Assembly: GCA_001818155.1 (NCBI GenBank)
Contig: MHJU01000017.1
Location: 1-63,475, forward strand
DNA length: 63,475 nt
From: Candidatus Jacksonbacteria bacterium RIFCSPLOWO2_02_FULL_44_20
GTDB lineage: Bacteria; Patescibacteriota; Patescibacteriia; UBA9629
Direction of reading: 5' to 3'
In this document: positions 1 to 9,049 of the stretch, piece by piece
How the letters are laid out: every line of letters begins with the position of its first letter
Position numbering within the stretch: the first letter of the stretch is position 1
Position numbers and translations under genes: made by a program
The notes under the pieces: generated by a model
What the model saw: the letters and a program-made list of their open reading frames with translations, nothing else
The model's database searches: none
Told to the model about the DNA's origin: nothing

Positions 1-10
1 AAAGCGATAA

Positions 11-745
11 TCACGCAATGGTCTGGGTAATTTTTAACACATAACTCACGATCGTCCATGAAATACCAATGATCACCAAACCTATCAAACCGGCAACGAT
101 AGTTTTCTTTGCTTTCTCAACTTTCTCGTCATCTCCGGCTGAAGCCATCCATAAAGCGCCGCCGTACATCGTAACAATCACTCCCGCAACTCCCAAAAAC
201 CCAAGCGCGATGTTCAAAAGTTCCCGGATTTGGTCACGGATGTCGGAGGCGGCGTCGCCAAGTTTATCAGCCGGAACTTCACCTTGGCCAAAATCGTTCT
301 GGCAAAGCCCGCTCTCTTGAATATCGCACACAAGTCCGGTTGCGCATCGGTCGCTTTCCGGGATAGACGTTCCGAGCGTTCCAATGTCCTGGTCTTTATT
401 AAGACGCGCGAGTTCGTCAATGCACGCCACGCCGTTTACCGCGGCAACGCATATATTATTGTCCGTTTTACAGGTAAACTGCAATACGGATGTTTCGTCT
501 TCACAGTGGATGCCGGTACCACACCAAGTGCCGATAGCGACAAACTGTTTTGGCACAACGCACCGGTTGGAAACGCACTGAAGCGCCACATTTTGATCAG
601 GACCGTTCCATGGCGTAATAGTCATAGAGCCACAGTCTAACTGCTCCTGACAGGATTGGCCTATTGTTCCAGAGATTGCAAGGGCAGAGGTTGGAATAAG
701 TAACAGAGCGAAAAACGCGGTAATAATAGATAAATAATGTTTCAT
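11..745 (-). CDS. Secreted Cys-rich protein with C-terminal TrbC/VirB2-like (T4SS-pilin-type) two-helix membrane domain
   Basis: N-terminal signal peptide (MKHYLSIITAFFALLLIPTSALA). About 20 Cys in the ectodomain. C-terminal motif LNIALGFLGVAGVIVTMYGGALWMASAGDDEKVEKAKKTIVAGLIGLVIIGISWTIV is typical of TrbC/VirB2-like pilins. Close paralog of 804..1868. Confidence 0.6.
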   Translation of the reverse strand: MKHYLSIITAFFALLLIPTSALAISGTIGQSCQEQLDCGSMTITPWNGPDQNVALQCVSNRCVVPKQFVAIGTWCGTGIHCEDETSVLQFTCKTDNNICVAAVNGVACIDELARLNKDQDIGTLGTSIPESDRCATGLVCDIQESGLCQNDFGQGEVPADKLGDAASDIRDQIRELLNIALGFLGVAGVIVTMYGGALWMASAGDDEKVEKAKKTIVAGLIGLVIIGISWTIVSYVLKITQTIA

Positions 746-803
746 AGATTTATCAAACTTTCATGAACTTTATAATTTAATCCATGGAAGTTAAATGATT
801 TTT

Positions 804-1868
804 TTACGACACCTGTTCCGCGACTTTAAGGACGTAACTGACGATTGTCCACGCGACTCCGATGATGACAATGCCGATCATGCCGGCGACAATGGTTTTC
901 TTTGCTTTGCCGACTTTTTCATCATCTCCGAACGCGGTCATCCATGTAAAGCCGCCGTATAAGGTTACAATCACACCCGCGACTCCGAGAAAACCAAGCG
1001 CGATGTTTATGAGATTTCTGATCTGGTCGCGGATGTCTTGTGATGCTTCACCTAAACTCCCGGCTGGGACAGCTCCCTGGCCAATATCATTGACGCATGT
1101 CCCTTGTGTCTGATCGCAGAGCAATCCAATATCGCATCGTTCTGTTGAATCAAGTAGTAAATAATGTTCACCAAGCAGAAAAAAACGATTCAATGTTTGG
1201 CTTGTATTCAAACATTGAACATTTGCCACAGAGCCAACGCAGTGTTGATCGCTCCCGCAAGTAAAATCAAATTCAGCTGTGGTTCCGGTTTCGCATTGAC
1301 GATCAGAACCTGTGCCAGTTGTGCAAGTTGTGCCAATCGCTCGATTAATCGATTGTGGCACACATGCATTTTCTTCGCACTCTAAAGGAGTGGTGGAACC
1401 ATTTAAATTCAAAACCGCGCATTGAGATGTTTGCGAACACCCACCGCCAGTTAATGTTATATTCGTTGTTACATCAGAACGATTGACAGTGACCGCAGGT
1501 GAGTTAGATGTGGCGTCTGTAGCACTAATTGTGAAACTAGCACTCGCGGTTTGGTTACTAGTTAAACTTGTTTTAAAGTATACAATGTTCCCTTCTTTTG
1601 CAATTTGTGTGACTGTAGAAAATGCGCCCTCTCCAGATGGTGTGGTGGAAAAGGTAATTGGAGTCGTTGCGGTGCCGTTATCTGTGGTAGCTTGTAGAAT
1701 AATATCCACTCTATTCCCAACTTGTTTAGTGATTGCCATTGGTCCAAACTCCACTATTTTCAAACCATTTGTAAGCGTTACCGCTCCAGCCACATTCGGC
1801 GCAAGCGCGACAATCCCAAAAAGAGCAAACGCCGCCACGAGAAAAAATACTTTTTTGATAGAACGCAT
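804..1868 (-). CDS. Secreted Ig-like + Cys-rich protein with C-terminal TrbC/VirB2-like pilin domain
   Basis: Signal peptide. Thr/Ser-rich beta region, then a Cys-rich module. The C-terminus (INIALGFLGVAGVIVTLYGGFTWMTAFGDDEKVGKAKKTIVAGMIGIVIIGVAWTIV) is nearly identical to that of ORF 11..745. Confidence 0.6.
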   Translation of the reverse strand: MRSIKKVFFLVAAFALFGIVALAPNVAGAVTLTNGLKIVEFGPMAITKQVGNRVDIILQATTDNGTATTPITFSTTPSGEGAFSTVTQIAKEGNIVYFKTSLTSNQTASASFTISATDATSNSPAVTVNRSDVTTNITLTGGGCSQTSQCAVLNLNGSTTPLECEENACVPQSINRAIGTTCTTGTGSDRQCETGTTAEFDFTCGSDQHCVGSVANVQCLNTSQTLNRFFLLGEHYLLLDSTERCDIGLLCDQTQGTCVNDIGQGAVPAGSLGEASQDIRDQIRNLINIALGFLGVAGVIVTLYGGFTWMTAFGDDEKVGKAKKTIVAGMIGIVIIGVAWTIVSYVLKVAEQVS

Positions 1869-1941
1869 ATAATGAATGTTGAATCAAAGTTCATGGGTCA
1901 TGAGGGCTTTATCGCGCCGCATGAATCATGAGATGATTCGG

Positions 1942-2046
1942 TTATTTATTTTCTAACTCTCTTAATCGTTTATGAAAAATACGATCTACTATAATCGCCG
2001 CAATTATCTCTGCAAAAAATATAATCAATAAGATAGTTTTAAGCAT
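1942..2046 (-). CDS. Tiny hydrophobic peptide (34 aa), hand-translated
   Basis: MLKTILLIIFFAEIIAAIIVDRIFHKRLRELENK. Its ATG overlaps the stop of the preceding tiny ORF (AATGCTTAA). It is below the ORF-track size cutoff. Confidence 0.25.
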   Translation of the reverse strand: MLKTILLIIFFAEIIAAIIVDRIFHKRLRELENK

Positions 2047-2167
2047 TCTCTTTCTCTTTCTGCTTCATTTGGATAATACTCTTCACAGCGGAACTATACG
2101 CCCATAATCCAAAAGCAAGCAAAAGTATGTAGAATAATAATAGAGATGTCTCTATATTAAAAGTCAT
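2039..2167 (-). CDS. Tiny single-TM peptide (42 aa), hand-translated
   Basis: MTFNIETSLLLFYILLLAFGLWAYSSAVKSIIQMKQKEKENA. ATGA start/stop overlap with ORF 2164..2364. Confidence 0.25.
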   Translation of the reverse strand: MTFNIETSLLLFYILLLAFGLWAYSSAVKSIIQMKQKEKENA

Positions 2168-2364
2168 ATAGAAAATTGTAATAACCAAATGCCATTACGA
2201 AAAAACCACCAAGCCCCAAATAAACCTGCGATAAAAAGCCATACTGGAATATTCAAAGATGGAACAAAAAATCCGACAATAACTGAACCGACTAAAATTT
2301 TACCAAGATCAATGAATAAATCTGATAATCCTTTAACTTGTATTTTTGTTCTTAATTGAAGCAT
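2164..2364 (-). CDS. Small two-TM membrane protein (66 aa)
   Basis: Internal ATG (M32) of ORF 2164..2457, 5 nt after the stop of 2370..2846. Hydrophobic segments: ILVGSVIVGFFVPSLNIPVWLFIAGLFGAWWFF. Confidence 0.35.
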   Translation of the reverse strand: MLQLRTKIQVKGLSDLFIDLGKILVGSVIVGFFVPSLNIPVWLFIAGLFGAWWFFRNGIWLLQFSI

Positions 2365-2369
2365 ATTGC

Positions 2370-2846
2370 TTAACTTCCCACCACTCGCCCCGTATGCAGA
2401 ATAAACGACGTAACAGTCCACGCAACCGCGATCGCAACCGCGCCCACTGCGGCCCAAAGCATTGTGTCGCGACCCTTTTTTACTTTATCGTCGCTCCCCA
2501 TTGATGTCAGCCATTCAAACGCGCCGTATACTATCATCACAATCACAACGATACCAAGAAAACCGAAGATCACATTCAGCGCGATGCGGATATTAGAGCG
2601 GAGATCGGTTACTGGCTTGCCATAAGGGCAACCGTCTTTTACTTCTTGACAAGGAACAACGTCGGAGCCGTACAAACATCCTTCATAATAGATGATATTC
2701 CCATTTGAGTCATATACAGGCACAGCTACATCTCCTGGCGCGCAATTCGGTTTAGTTTGCGCTTTCGTGAAAAGAGGAATTACAGTGAAAAAAGCTAAAA
2801 ACAGAAAATATGCGATCCCGATCTTGCTTGTTAAATGATAAGCCAT
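2370..2846 (-). CDS. TrbC/VirB2-like pilin-domain protein with short Cys-containing ectodomain
   Basis: Signal peptide. C-terminal LNVIFGFLGIVVIVMIVYGAFEWLTSMGSDDKVKKGRDTMLWAAVGAVAIAVAWTV follows the same motif pattern as 11..745. Confidence 0.6.
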   Translation of the reverse strand: MAYHLTSKIGIAYFLFLAFFTVIPLFTKAQTKPNCAPGDVAVPVYDSNGNIIYYEGCLYGSDVVPCQEVKDGCPYGKPVTDLRSNIRIALNVIFGFLGIVVIVMIVYGAFEWLTSMGSDDKVKKGRDTMLWAAVGAVAIAVAWTVTSFILHTGRVVGS

Positions 2847-2909
2847 GCTTCAAAAACTTCTCCACAACGCGCCACCATTATACCACTACAGTAAAATAAC
2901 GGTCAACTT

Positions 2910-3281
2910 TCACGGCGTTCCGATGTTAAGGGAGCCGGCCAGGCGATCAATGACAAAGGCGAGAATAGCGTAAGCGCCGAAGAGAAGCGCGATTCCGATG
3001 ATTGTCCAAAGCATATTGTCGCGGTTTTTTTTGACCGCCTCCGGATTGCCCCGGGAAGCGATGAGCCCGACTCCGGCGATGACGAAATTCAAAAGCGCAA
3101 AAATGCCGACGGTTCCAAGAAACGCTTTGATGACGCGGGCGTAAATTTCCAAAGGGCTTCCGGCGCCTATGGGATCAGAAATTTTAATTGGAACGGCAAG
3201 GGCGGCAAGCGGCAGAAACAACGCCCAGACTGATATAATTTTAATGACTGTTTTCGCGCGCGATGAATAAGTCATAAGCAT
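2910..3281 (-). CDS. Short TrbC/VirB2-like pilin-domain protein
   Basis: IKAFLGTVGIFALLNFVIAGVGLIASRGNPEAVKKNRDNMLWTIIGIALLFGAYAI. Start moved to internal ATG (M8) to avoid a 17-nt overlap with the upstream gene. Confidence 0.55.
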   Translation of the reverse strand: MLMTYSSRAKTVIKIISVWALFLPLAALAVPIKISDPIGAGSPLEIYARVIKAFLGTVGIFALLNFVIAGVGLIASRGNPEAVKKNRDNMLWTIIGIALLFGAYAILAFVIDRLAGSLNIGTP

Positions 3282-3285
3282 AAAA

Positions 3286-4131
3286 TTATACTGACAATTC
3301 ATTTCCTACAGGAATTGAATCCGCAGGCGAAGTTCCTTTATTTTTATACGGATTTTCGCTTTCTTTCACCTCGCCGCAACAGAAATTGGTAGTATTGACA
3401 AAGCCGCAAAATGACGGATCCGGAAGGCAATCTATAAATTTTGTGTTATACACCGGATCACCTGTCTGCTCTGCATTTCTCTTCTTCTCAAGCTCTGTCT
3501 TATTAAAATTATCTACATTTTCTTTAGTTCTTTTGCAGTCATAACCGCTAAATTTATCTGGATACGTGCCTTTCAAATACTGGCAGGTCGTTGTGTAGGT
3601 CGTGTCCGTGCCACATTCCCCTTTCATGCATATCTGATCAACGCCACACGGCGTGCCGTCGCCGCGGCTAAAACACTGCTGTTGAGACGCAGGAAGCCCT
3701 GCTATCGCTCCCTCCGCGCATAGCCAGTTCCACGGATTTGCAAACAGCACTCCTCCTCGCTCGTCAGGGCCTTTTATCGCATTAAGTGGCTGGTTTGATG
3801 GAGTGGTAAGAATGTACACCGTAACGTTGATTACATGCCACGCTATGAGAACAAAAAGTAGCCCGAAAAGCGCGCCTTTCATCTCATTTTTTCCATGCTC
3901 AACTTTTTCGCTTTTCCCTCGCGCGATGATCAATTCAAACGCGCCCCATATAAAAACAAAAAAAATCGTCGCGCCAAGAAAGTATAACACGAATTCAAAC
4001 CCTCTGCTAATAACGTCCACAATGTCGCAAAAGCCGCAGTTTCCGCTCTCGGCGCAGGCGGGCAATAATGCTGGTTGGGCAGATGCGAGAGAAGGGATGA
4101 AAAGAATGAGTAGGACAATGATAAAATACAT
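3286..4131 (-). CDS. Pilin-like protein with inverted domain order (N-terminal TrbC/VirB2-like domain, C-terminal Cys-rich domain)
   Basis: Signal peptide, then FVLYFLGATIFFVFIWGAFELIIARGKSEKVEHGKNEMKGALFGLLFVLIAWHVINV, then a Cys-rich tail of about 170 aa. Confidence 0.55.
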   Translation of the reverse strand: MYFIIVLLILFIPSLASAQPALLPACAESGNCGFCDIVDVISRGFEFVLYFLGATIFFVFIWGAFELIIARGKSEKVEHGKNEMKGALFGLLFVLIAWHVINVTVYILTTPSNQPLNAIKGPDERGGVLFANPWNWLCAEGAIAGLPASQQQCFSRGDGTPCGVDQICMKGECGTDTTYTTTCQYLKGTYPDKFSGYDCKRTKENVDNFNKTELEKKRNAEQTGDPVYNTKFIDCLPDPSFCGFVNTTNFCCGEVKESENPYKNKGTSPADSIPVGNELSV

Positions 4132-4150
4132 GCAAAATCAAAATTTCAAA

Positions 4151-5569
4151 TCACCGCAGTGTAGCTGTAACCTTCTGCGCGCCGGAGGCAAGAGCGTCTT
4201 CAAGAGATTGTTTGCCGTTCACAACTGAAGCAATCATTTGAATCAGCGCATCTTCCGCATCTGGCGCGGATTTGCCAAAATACCACACGCGCGCCTGCGG
4301 AGCTTGGGAGGCAAACACGGAGAGTTCAGGATCGGTAATTTTTATCGCTTGTTCTTTTAACGGCGAAATTTTGCCGGCTGTTGACTGCAAAACAAGCAAA
4401 TTCTCCGGCTGGGAAAGAAAGTTCAAGAAATGCCATGCTTCGTTTTGATGCTTTGATTTTTTTGAAACCGCTTCAACCCAATAATTGGCGATTGTGGCGC
4501 TCCCGAGCGCTCCGACCGGCACAGGCAAAGGCGCGACTCCGAAATTCACACGGGAAGCGCGGATTTCTGGCAGGTTGTAGGAATATCCGAACATATAAGC
4601 AATCCGTCCCTGCTTAAATGCTTCAAGCGCGTGTTCCTGGGATTCGTTCCATGTGTACACTTTTTTCACCGGATCTGCAAAATCGGTGTAAAAACGAAGC
4701 GCTTCAAGCCCGATGTTGTACTTGTCCTCTTCGCGGATACTGTTATGGAATGTTGCAAACCCGCGTTCTTCATCAATCATAGTAACGCCTGTTTGAAGCA
4801 TGAGAGCAGAAAGAATATCGGTAGGACGAATAAGATTGACCGCTGTCCCAAAAGCCGCGCCTGCCTCTACAATCTCGCCGTCTTCGTTCACCTGCGCGAT
4901 TTTCATCACGTCCTCCTGAAATCTCTGCCACGTCTGCGGAGGATCGTAAATATCATTTTTTTCAAGAATGCTGATGTTGTAATAAAGCCCGAGCGTATCT
5001 ACGGAAAGGGGCACTGCCATTAATGACTCTTTTACCGCTACAGAAGAAGGCGCGTCCGGGCCTGCGCTCTCAATCTTTCGGAGAACGTCGTCTTTCACAA
5101 AAGAGTAGTAATTCCGCTTTATATCGCGCGCATTTATTATCGCCGCGCGATCGGTTACAACCTCTTTGATTGTGGGCTCCAATTCTCCTGGTTTTGGATC
5201 TTGTAAAATGGCGCGCTTGATTTCCACGCTCTCGGGCGCAGGCGCGATACTCTCTTCATAAAGCCCGACCCAGTCGTGAGGAATTGAAAATATGTCGGGC
5301 CCGCGATCCTCGGCAAGGGCTGTCAGCATCTCATGCTCATATTCTTCAAAACGCAAATTGCGGAAACGGACTTTGATAGTAGGATTTGCCTTTTCGTATT
5401 TTTCAATGAGCGTCTTCATATCAAAGGAATTATTCCACACCTGCCAGTATTCCAAAGTAACCGGTTCAATTGATTCAATCGGAATACGCTTGCGGCAACC
5501 AAAACCAAAAGACATGAGCATTGTAAAAATAATAATTATCTTGATAACAAAAGAATTGGGGGAAAACAT
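4151..5569 (-). CDS. Extracellular solute-binding protein (ABC family-1 sugar-binding type), possible lipoprotein
   Basis: N-terminal hydrophobic anchor ending FGFGC. Length and overall pattern fit a sugar-type SBP. No permease or ATPase genes are adjacent. Confidence 0.65.
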   Translation of the reverse strand: MFSPNSFVIKIIIIFTMLMSFGFGCRKRIPIESIEPVTLEYWQVWNNSFDMKTLIEKYEKANPTIKVRFRNLRFEEYEHEMLTALAEDRGPDIFSIPHDWVGLYEESIAPAPESVEIKRAILQDPKPGELEPTIKEVVTDRAAIINARDIKRNYYSFVKDDVLRKIESAGPDAPSSVAVKESLMAVPLSVDTLGLYYNISILEKNDIYDPPQTWQRFQEDVMKIAQVNEDGEIVEAGAAFGTAVNLIRPTDILSALMLQTGVTMIDEERGFATFHNSIREEDKYNIGLEALRFYTDFADPVKKVYTWNESQEHALEAFKQGRIAYMFGYSYNLPEIRASRVNFGVAPLPVPVGALGSATIANYWVEAVSKKSKHQNEAWHFLNFLSQPENLLVLQSTAGKISPLKEQAIKITDPELSVFASQAPQARVWYFGKSAPDAEDALIQMIASVVNGKQSLEDALASGAQKVTATLR

Positions 5570-5588
5570 AGTGATGAAAACTCAAAAT

Positions 5589-6446
5589 TTAAATTTGTTT
5601 GATAAAATCTAAAAAGTCTTTTCCTATCTCTTTGTCGCGTAATCCCAAGTGCACATTTGCCTTAAGCCATCCAAGTCTGTTGCCGCAGTCAAAGCGGAGC
5701 CCTGGAAATTTATACGCGTACACCGGCGTTTCTTTTATAGAATCCCTAAGCGCGTGGGAAAAACGGATTTCGCCGTCTTCTGCCGGAGTTTGCGCTAAAA
5801 GCGCGGCTATTACATGAGGAGTTGCGATATACATGCCGACAATGCCTAAGTTTGACGGCGCTAAAGAACGTTTTGGTTTTTCAATAATATGGGAAACTTT
5901 GTATACATTTTGCTCTATCGGAACTCCGGCGATGACGCCGTAGCGCTCAAGCGCCTCGCCTTCCAACTCCTGCACCGCCAAAATCGGAGCGCGATACTTT
6001 TCATGGAGCGAAAGCATGTGTTTCAAGGTCGGTTCACTGTGGAAAATAAGATCATCGCCCCACATTACGACACACGATTCATCGGGCGTTAAAAAATGCC
6101 GCGCGCGCAAAATCGCGTCTCCGTCGCCTAAAGGAGCCGGCTGGCGGATAAAATAAAAACGCGCCATTTCCCTGATGGAGCGCAGTTCGCAGTTAATTTC
6201 ATGTCTGCCTTTTTGTTCAAGCCTGTATTCCAGTTCAAAGTGCGCGTCAAAATAATCTTCAACAGCTTTTTTATGCGCCGATGTAACGAAAATAATGTCA
6301 GTTATCCCGCTTTTCACAGCCTCCTCAACAATATAATGAATGACCGGCTTATCCAAAAGCGGAAACATTTCTTTTGGAATTGACTTAGCCGCCGGGAGAA
6401 ACCTCGTTCCCATGCCGGCAACCGGAATAATCGCTTTCGTAATCAT
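5589..6446 (-). CDS. galU: UTP--glucose-1-phosphate uridylyltransferase
   Basis: KAIIPVAGMGTRFLPAAKSIPKEMFPLLDKPVIHYIVEEA is the canonical GalU N-terminus. Confidence 0.85.
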   Translation of the reverse strand: MITKAIIPVAGMGTRFLPAAKSIPKEMFPLLDKPVIHYIVEEAVKSGITDIIFVTSAHKKAVEDYFDAHFELEYRLEQKGRHEINCELRSIREMARFYFIRQPAPLGDGDAILRARHFLTPDESCVVMWGDDLIFHSEPTLKHMLSLHEKYRAPILAVQELEGEALERYGVIAGVPIEQNVYKVSHIIEKPKRSLAPSNLGIVGMYIATPHVIAALLAQTPAEDGEIRFSHALRDSIKETPVYAYKFPGLRFDCGNRLGWLKANVHLGLRDKEIGKDFLDFIKQI

Positions 6447-6497
6447 ATCGTAAAAACTTTGTCCTGTTTTAAAGTGTACGGATAAACAAAATGGGTG

Positions 6498-7217
6498 TCA
6501 ATGATTTTTGGCTTTTTGATACTCCCCCATCGGATATTTCACGCGATTTGCGGCAGAGTGGTCGTTCAGCGCAAAAAGAAATGCAAGTTTTGCGTACATA
6601 AGTCCGGTTCTCGTAAAGCCGTAGGTTTCAAATCTGCGGGGAGATACAACAAGCCGCCTGTAAAGCATCCGAAATCTGTGCTCCTCGGCAATGCGGCGGA
6701 TGAGTTCAATATCCTCAAAACGAAATCTGGGATCAAAACCGCCGCTTTCGCGAAACACATCAGCAAAAACTATAAGAGAACCTGCGCCTGCCGGAGAAAA
6801 ATACTGGGCAATAAACAATACAAAATTGAAACACGCATAAAAAAAAGCAAGCCGAGCTGAAGGAAAACGAGGAAAATAAAGAGGACATGCGATATCAAGC
6901 CCGCGGCGCAAAAACTCGCCAAGCGATTTTTCAAGAAAATCCGGCTTCAGACGAGTGTCTGCGTCCAGAAAAAAAAGAATTCTTCCTCGCGCTTCTTTTG
7001 CGCCAAAATTGCGCTGAAGAGCAACAGAGGGCTCTATGCAAAACAAACGAACGTTTGGAAATTGTCTGACAATCTCGCAAGTTTTGTCGCGAGAACCGCC
7101 GTCAACGACAATCACCTCGCGCGGACACATTGTTTGCGCGGCTATATCAGTAAGAAGGCTCGCGATGTAGCGCTCTTCGTTTAAGGTTGGAATTATAATA
7201 GAAACAGACGGCATCAT
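6498..7217 (-). CDS. Family 2 glycosyltransferase
   Basis: SIIIPTLNEERYI, VVDGGSRDKT and FLDADT (DxD) motifs. Confidence 0.75.
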   Translation of the reverse strand: MMPSVSIIIPTLNEERYIASLLTDIAAQTMCPREVIVVDGGSRDKTCEIVRQFPNVRLFCIEPSVALQRNFGAKEARGRILFFLDADTRLKPDFLEKSLGEFLRRGLDIACPLYFPRFPSARLAFFYACFNFVLFIAQYFSPAGAGSLIVFADVFRESGGFDPRFRFEDIELIRRIAEEHRFRMLYRRLVVSPRRFETYGFTRTGLMYAKLAFLFALNDHSAANRVKYPMGEYQKAKNH

Positions 7218-7816
7218 GTCATTATCTTTTTTGAATTTATAAGAGGAATGATTATTACCGCGAGGATCGCGCCGACAAAATCGCCGAAAAGATCAAGTAA
7301 AGTATTTTCATATCCTCCGATGTCGGCTGTCGGGAAAATTGCAATAGTAATAAATTCAACCATCTCGTTTATGGCTCCAATGCCAAGCCCGGCAAGCGCA
7401 ATGACTAATAGAATAATCGCGGAATTACGCGCGCCGTCCGGAACGCGAGAAGCGATTATATGATATATAAGAGCTGTCGCAAAGCCAAATCCGATTGCGT
7501 GGACAATTTGATCGTAGCGGATAATCGGAAGCGAACTTGCGACTGGAAAAATTACGCGATCATAAAGCGCGGATCCGCCGACAATGACATTGCTTCCAGC
7601 TAAATGCAGAAATGCCCACGCTGTAAGGCCGGAGAGAATGACTGGAGGATAGCGAACTTTTTTGTTTGTCGCAAGAACAAGAATCGTGAACCCGATAATC
7701 ATCCCTAAGTGAGCCATAAGCTCGTAGTTTGTCGGCGTGAAATACGCAAAACCAAAACCAATGAGAATAAGTACGATGAGGATGAGAAATGGTGCTTGAG
7801 CGCGGGAGAGTGGCAT
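7214..7816 (-). CDS. Polytopic membrane protein of unknown function
   Basis: About 6 hydrophobic helices. 4-nt overlap with the downstream GT2 gene. Confidence 0.5.
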   Translation of the reverse strand: MPLSRAQAPFLILIVLILIGFGFAYFTPTNYELMAHLGMIIGFTILVLATNKKVRYPPVILSGLTAWAFLHLAGSNVIVGGSALYDRVIFPVASSLPIIRYDQIVHAIGFGFATALIYHIIASRVPDGARNSAIILLVIALAGLGIGAINEMVEFITIAIFPTADIGGYENTLLDLFGDFVGAILAVIIIPLINSKKIMT

Positions 7817-7828
7817 GTGGGTAAAAAA

Positions 7829-8959
7829 TTAAAAACGAGTATTCTTTAATATGTTATCAACAGTCACTGACTCAAATCTTGCTTCAGGATAGATTCTAGT
7901 AAACTGCGCGGGAGCAGAAGTAACGTCTTTCCATTTGCACTCAAAGGCGGAAATACTGGCGCCGCTTTTTTCTATCACGTCAATCTCAAGCCCGGTGCGT
8001 GATCTCCAAAACATAATTTCGGAAGAGAAAATTTCAAGAGAACCCTTTTTCATGCGCTCGCTGACAAAAAAATTTTCAAAAATCGCTCCCCGGTCGGTGC
8101 GCGTTTCCATTGGAGATATGATATCCACGAGAGCATTGCGCACACCCATATCAAGAAAATAAACTTTGAATCCTTTTTTAATTTCATTGCGAGGATTGTT
8201 TGAAAAAGAATATATCCGTTTTATGATGAAAGACTGCTCAAGCAATGTTAGGTAGCGGTTGACAGTTGCTCGTGTCACGCTAAGCCCCTGCGCCAATTCA
8301 TTTACGGACACTATCGCACCCACTTGAAGAGCGAGCATTTTGAGCAAATCCTCAAATGTCTTTGGGTTGCGAATCGTTTCAAAAACAAAAATATCTTTGT
8401 AGAGATAGTTCGTGGCGATATTTTTTATAACAAACAATTTTTCTTCCACTGTTTCCGCGGCGACGACAGCCGGGTAGGAGCCAAACTGCATAAGAGGCAA
8501 AAGGTCATGCCGCTCTAAACAAGGGTAGGCTGAAGTTATTTCATGCAATGAAAGCGGCAATAGGGTAAACTCGTACGCCCGTCCCGTCATCGGCTCTTTG
8601 ATTTTGTTGGCGAGATCAAACGACGACGATCCTGTTGCGACAATCTGAACTTCCGGATAGGTGTCGTGATAGGCCTTTAGAATACTGCCAATATCTTGAA
8701 TAGTCTGCGCCTCATCAAACACGACAATTTTTTTGTTCCGTGTAAGCGATAGGAGTTGATCCGGATGCCCAAACGCAAAATGCGCTCGTACGTCGGCAAG
8801 TTGGCAGTCGTAATACTCCGCAACAGAACCGTAGGAATCAATAATTTTTTTGGCAAGCGTTGTTTTCCCGGACTGTCTTGGACCTAAAATGACCACCATG
8901 CGGTCATTAAAAAGGACCGAGGCAATGCGATGTTCAAGGTCTCGTTGAAATATCTTCAT
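7829..8959 (-). CDS. AAA+ ATPase of the COG1373 type (AAA_14 + DUF4143-like)
   Basis: Walker A GPRQSGKTT. Walker B VVFDEAQ. C-terminal EIDVIE...FECKW is a PD-(D/E)xK-like motif. Start set at internal ATG (M17). Confidence 0.75.
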   Translation of the reverse strand: MKIFQRDLEHRIASVLFNDRMVVILGPRQSGKTTLAKKIIDSYGSVAEYYDCQLADVRAHFAFGHPDQLLSLTRNKKIVVFDEAQTIQDIGSILKAYHDTYPEVQIVATGSSSFDLANKIKEPMTGRAYEFTLLPLSLHEITSAYPCLERHDLLPLMQFGSYPAVVAAETVEEKLFVIKNIATNYLYKDIFVFETIRNPKTFEDLLKMLALQVGAIVSVNELAQGLSVTRATVNRYLTLLEQSFIIKRIYSFSNNPRNEIKKGFKVYFLDMGVRNALVDIISPMETRTDRGAIFENFFVSERMKKGSLEIFSSEIMFWRSRTGLEIDVIEKSGASISAFECKWKDVTSAPAQFTRIYPEARFESVTVDNILKNTRF

Positions 8960-9049
8960 GTTTACAGTATAGCAAATTGCTACTAAACAAGCAATTTGTA
9001 AAAACACTCAAAAAACTGGTTTTTATAAGGGTTTTCTGCGGTAATTTTT

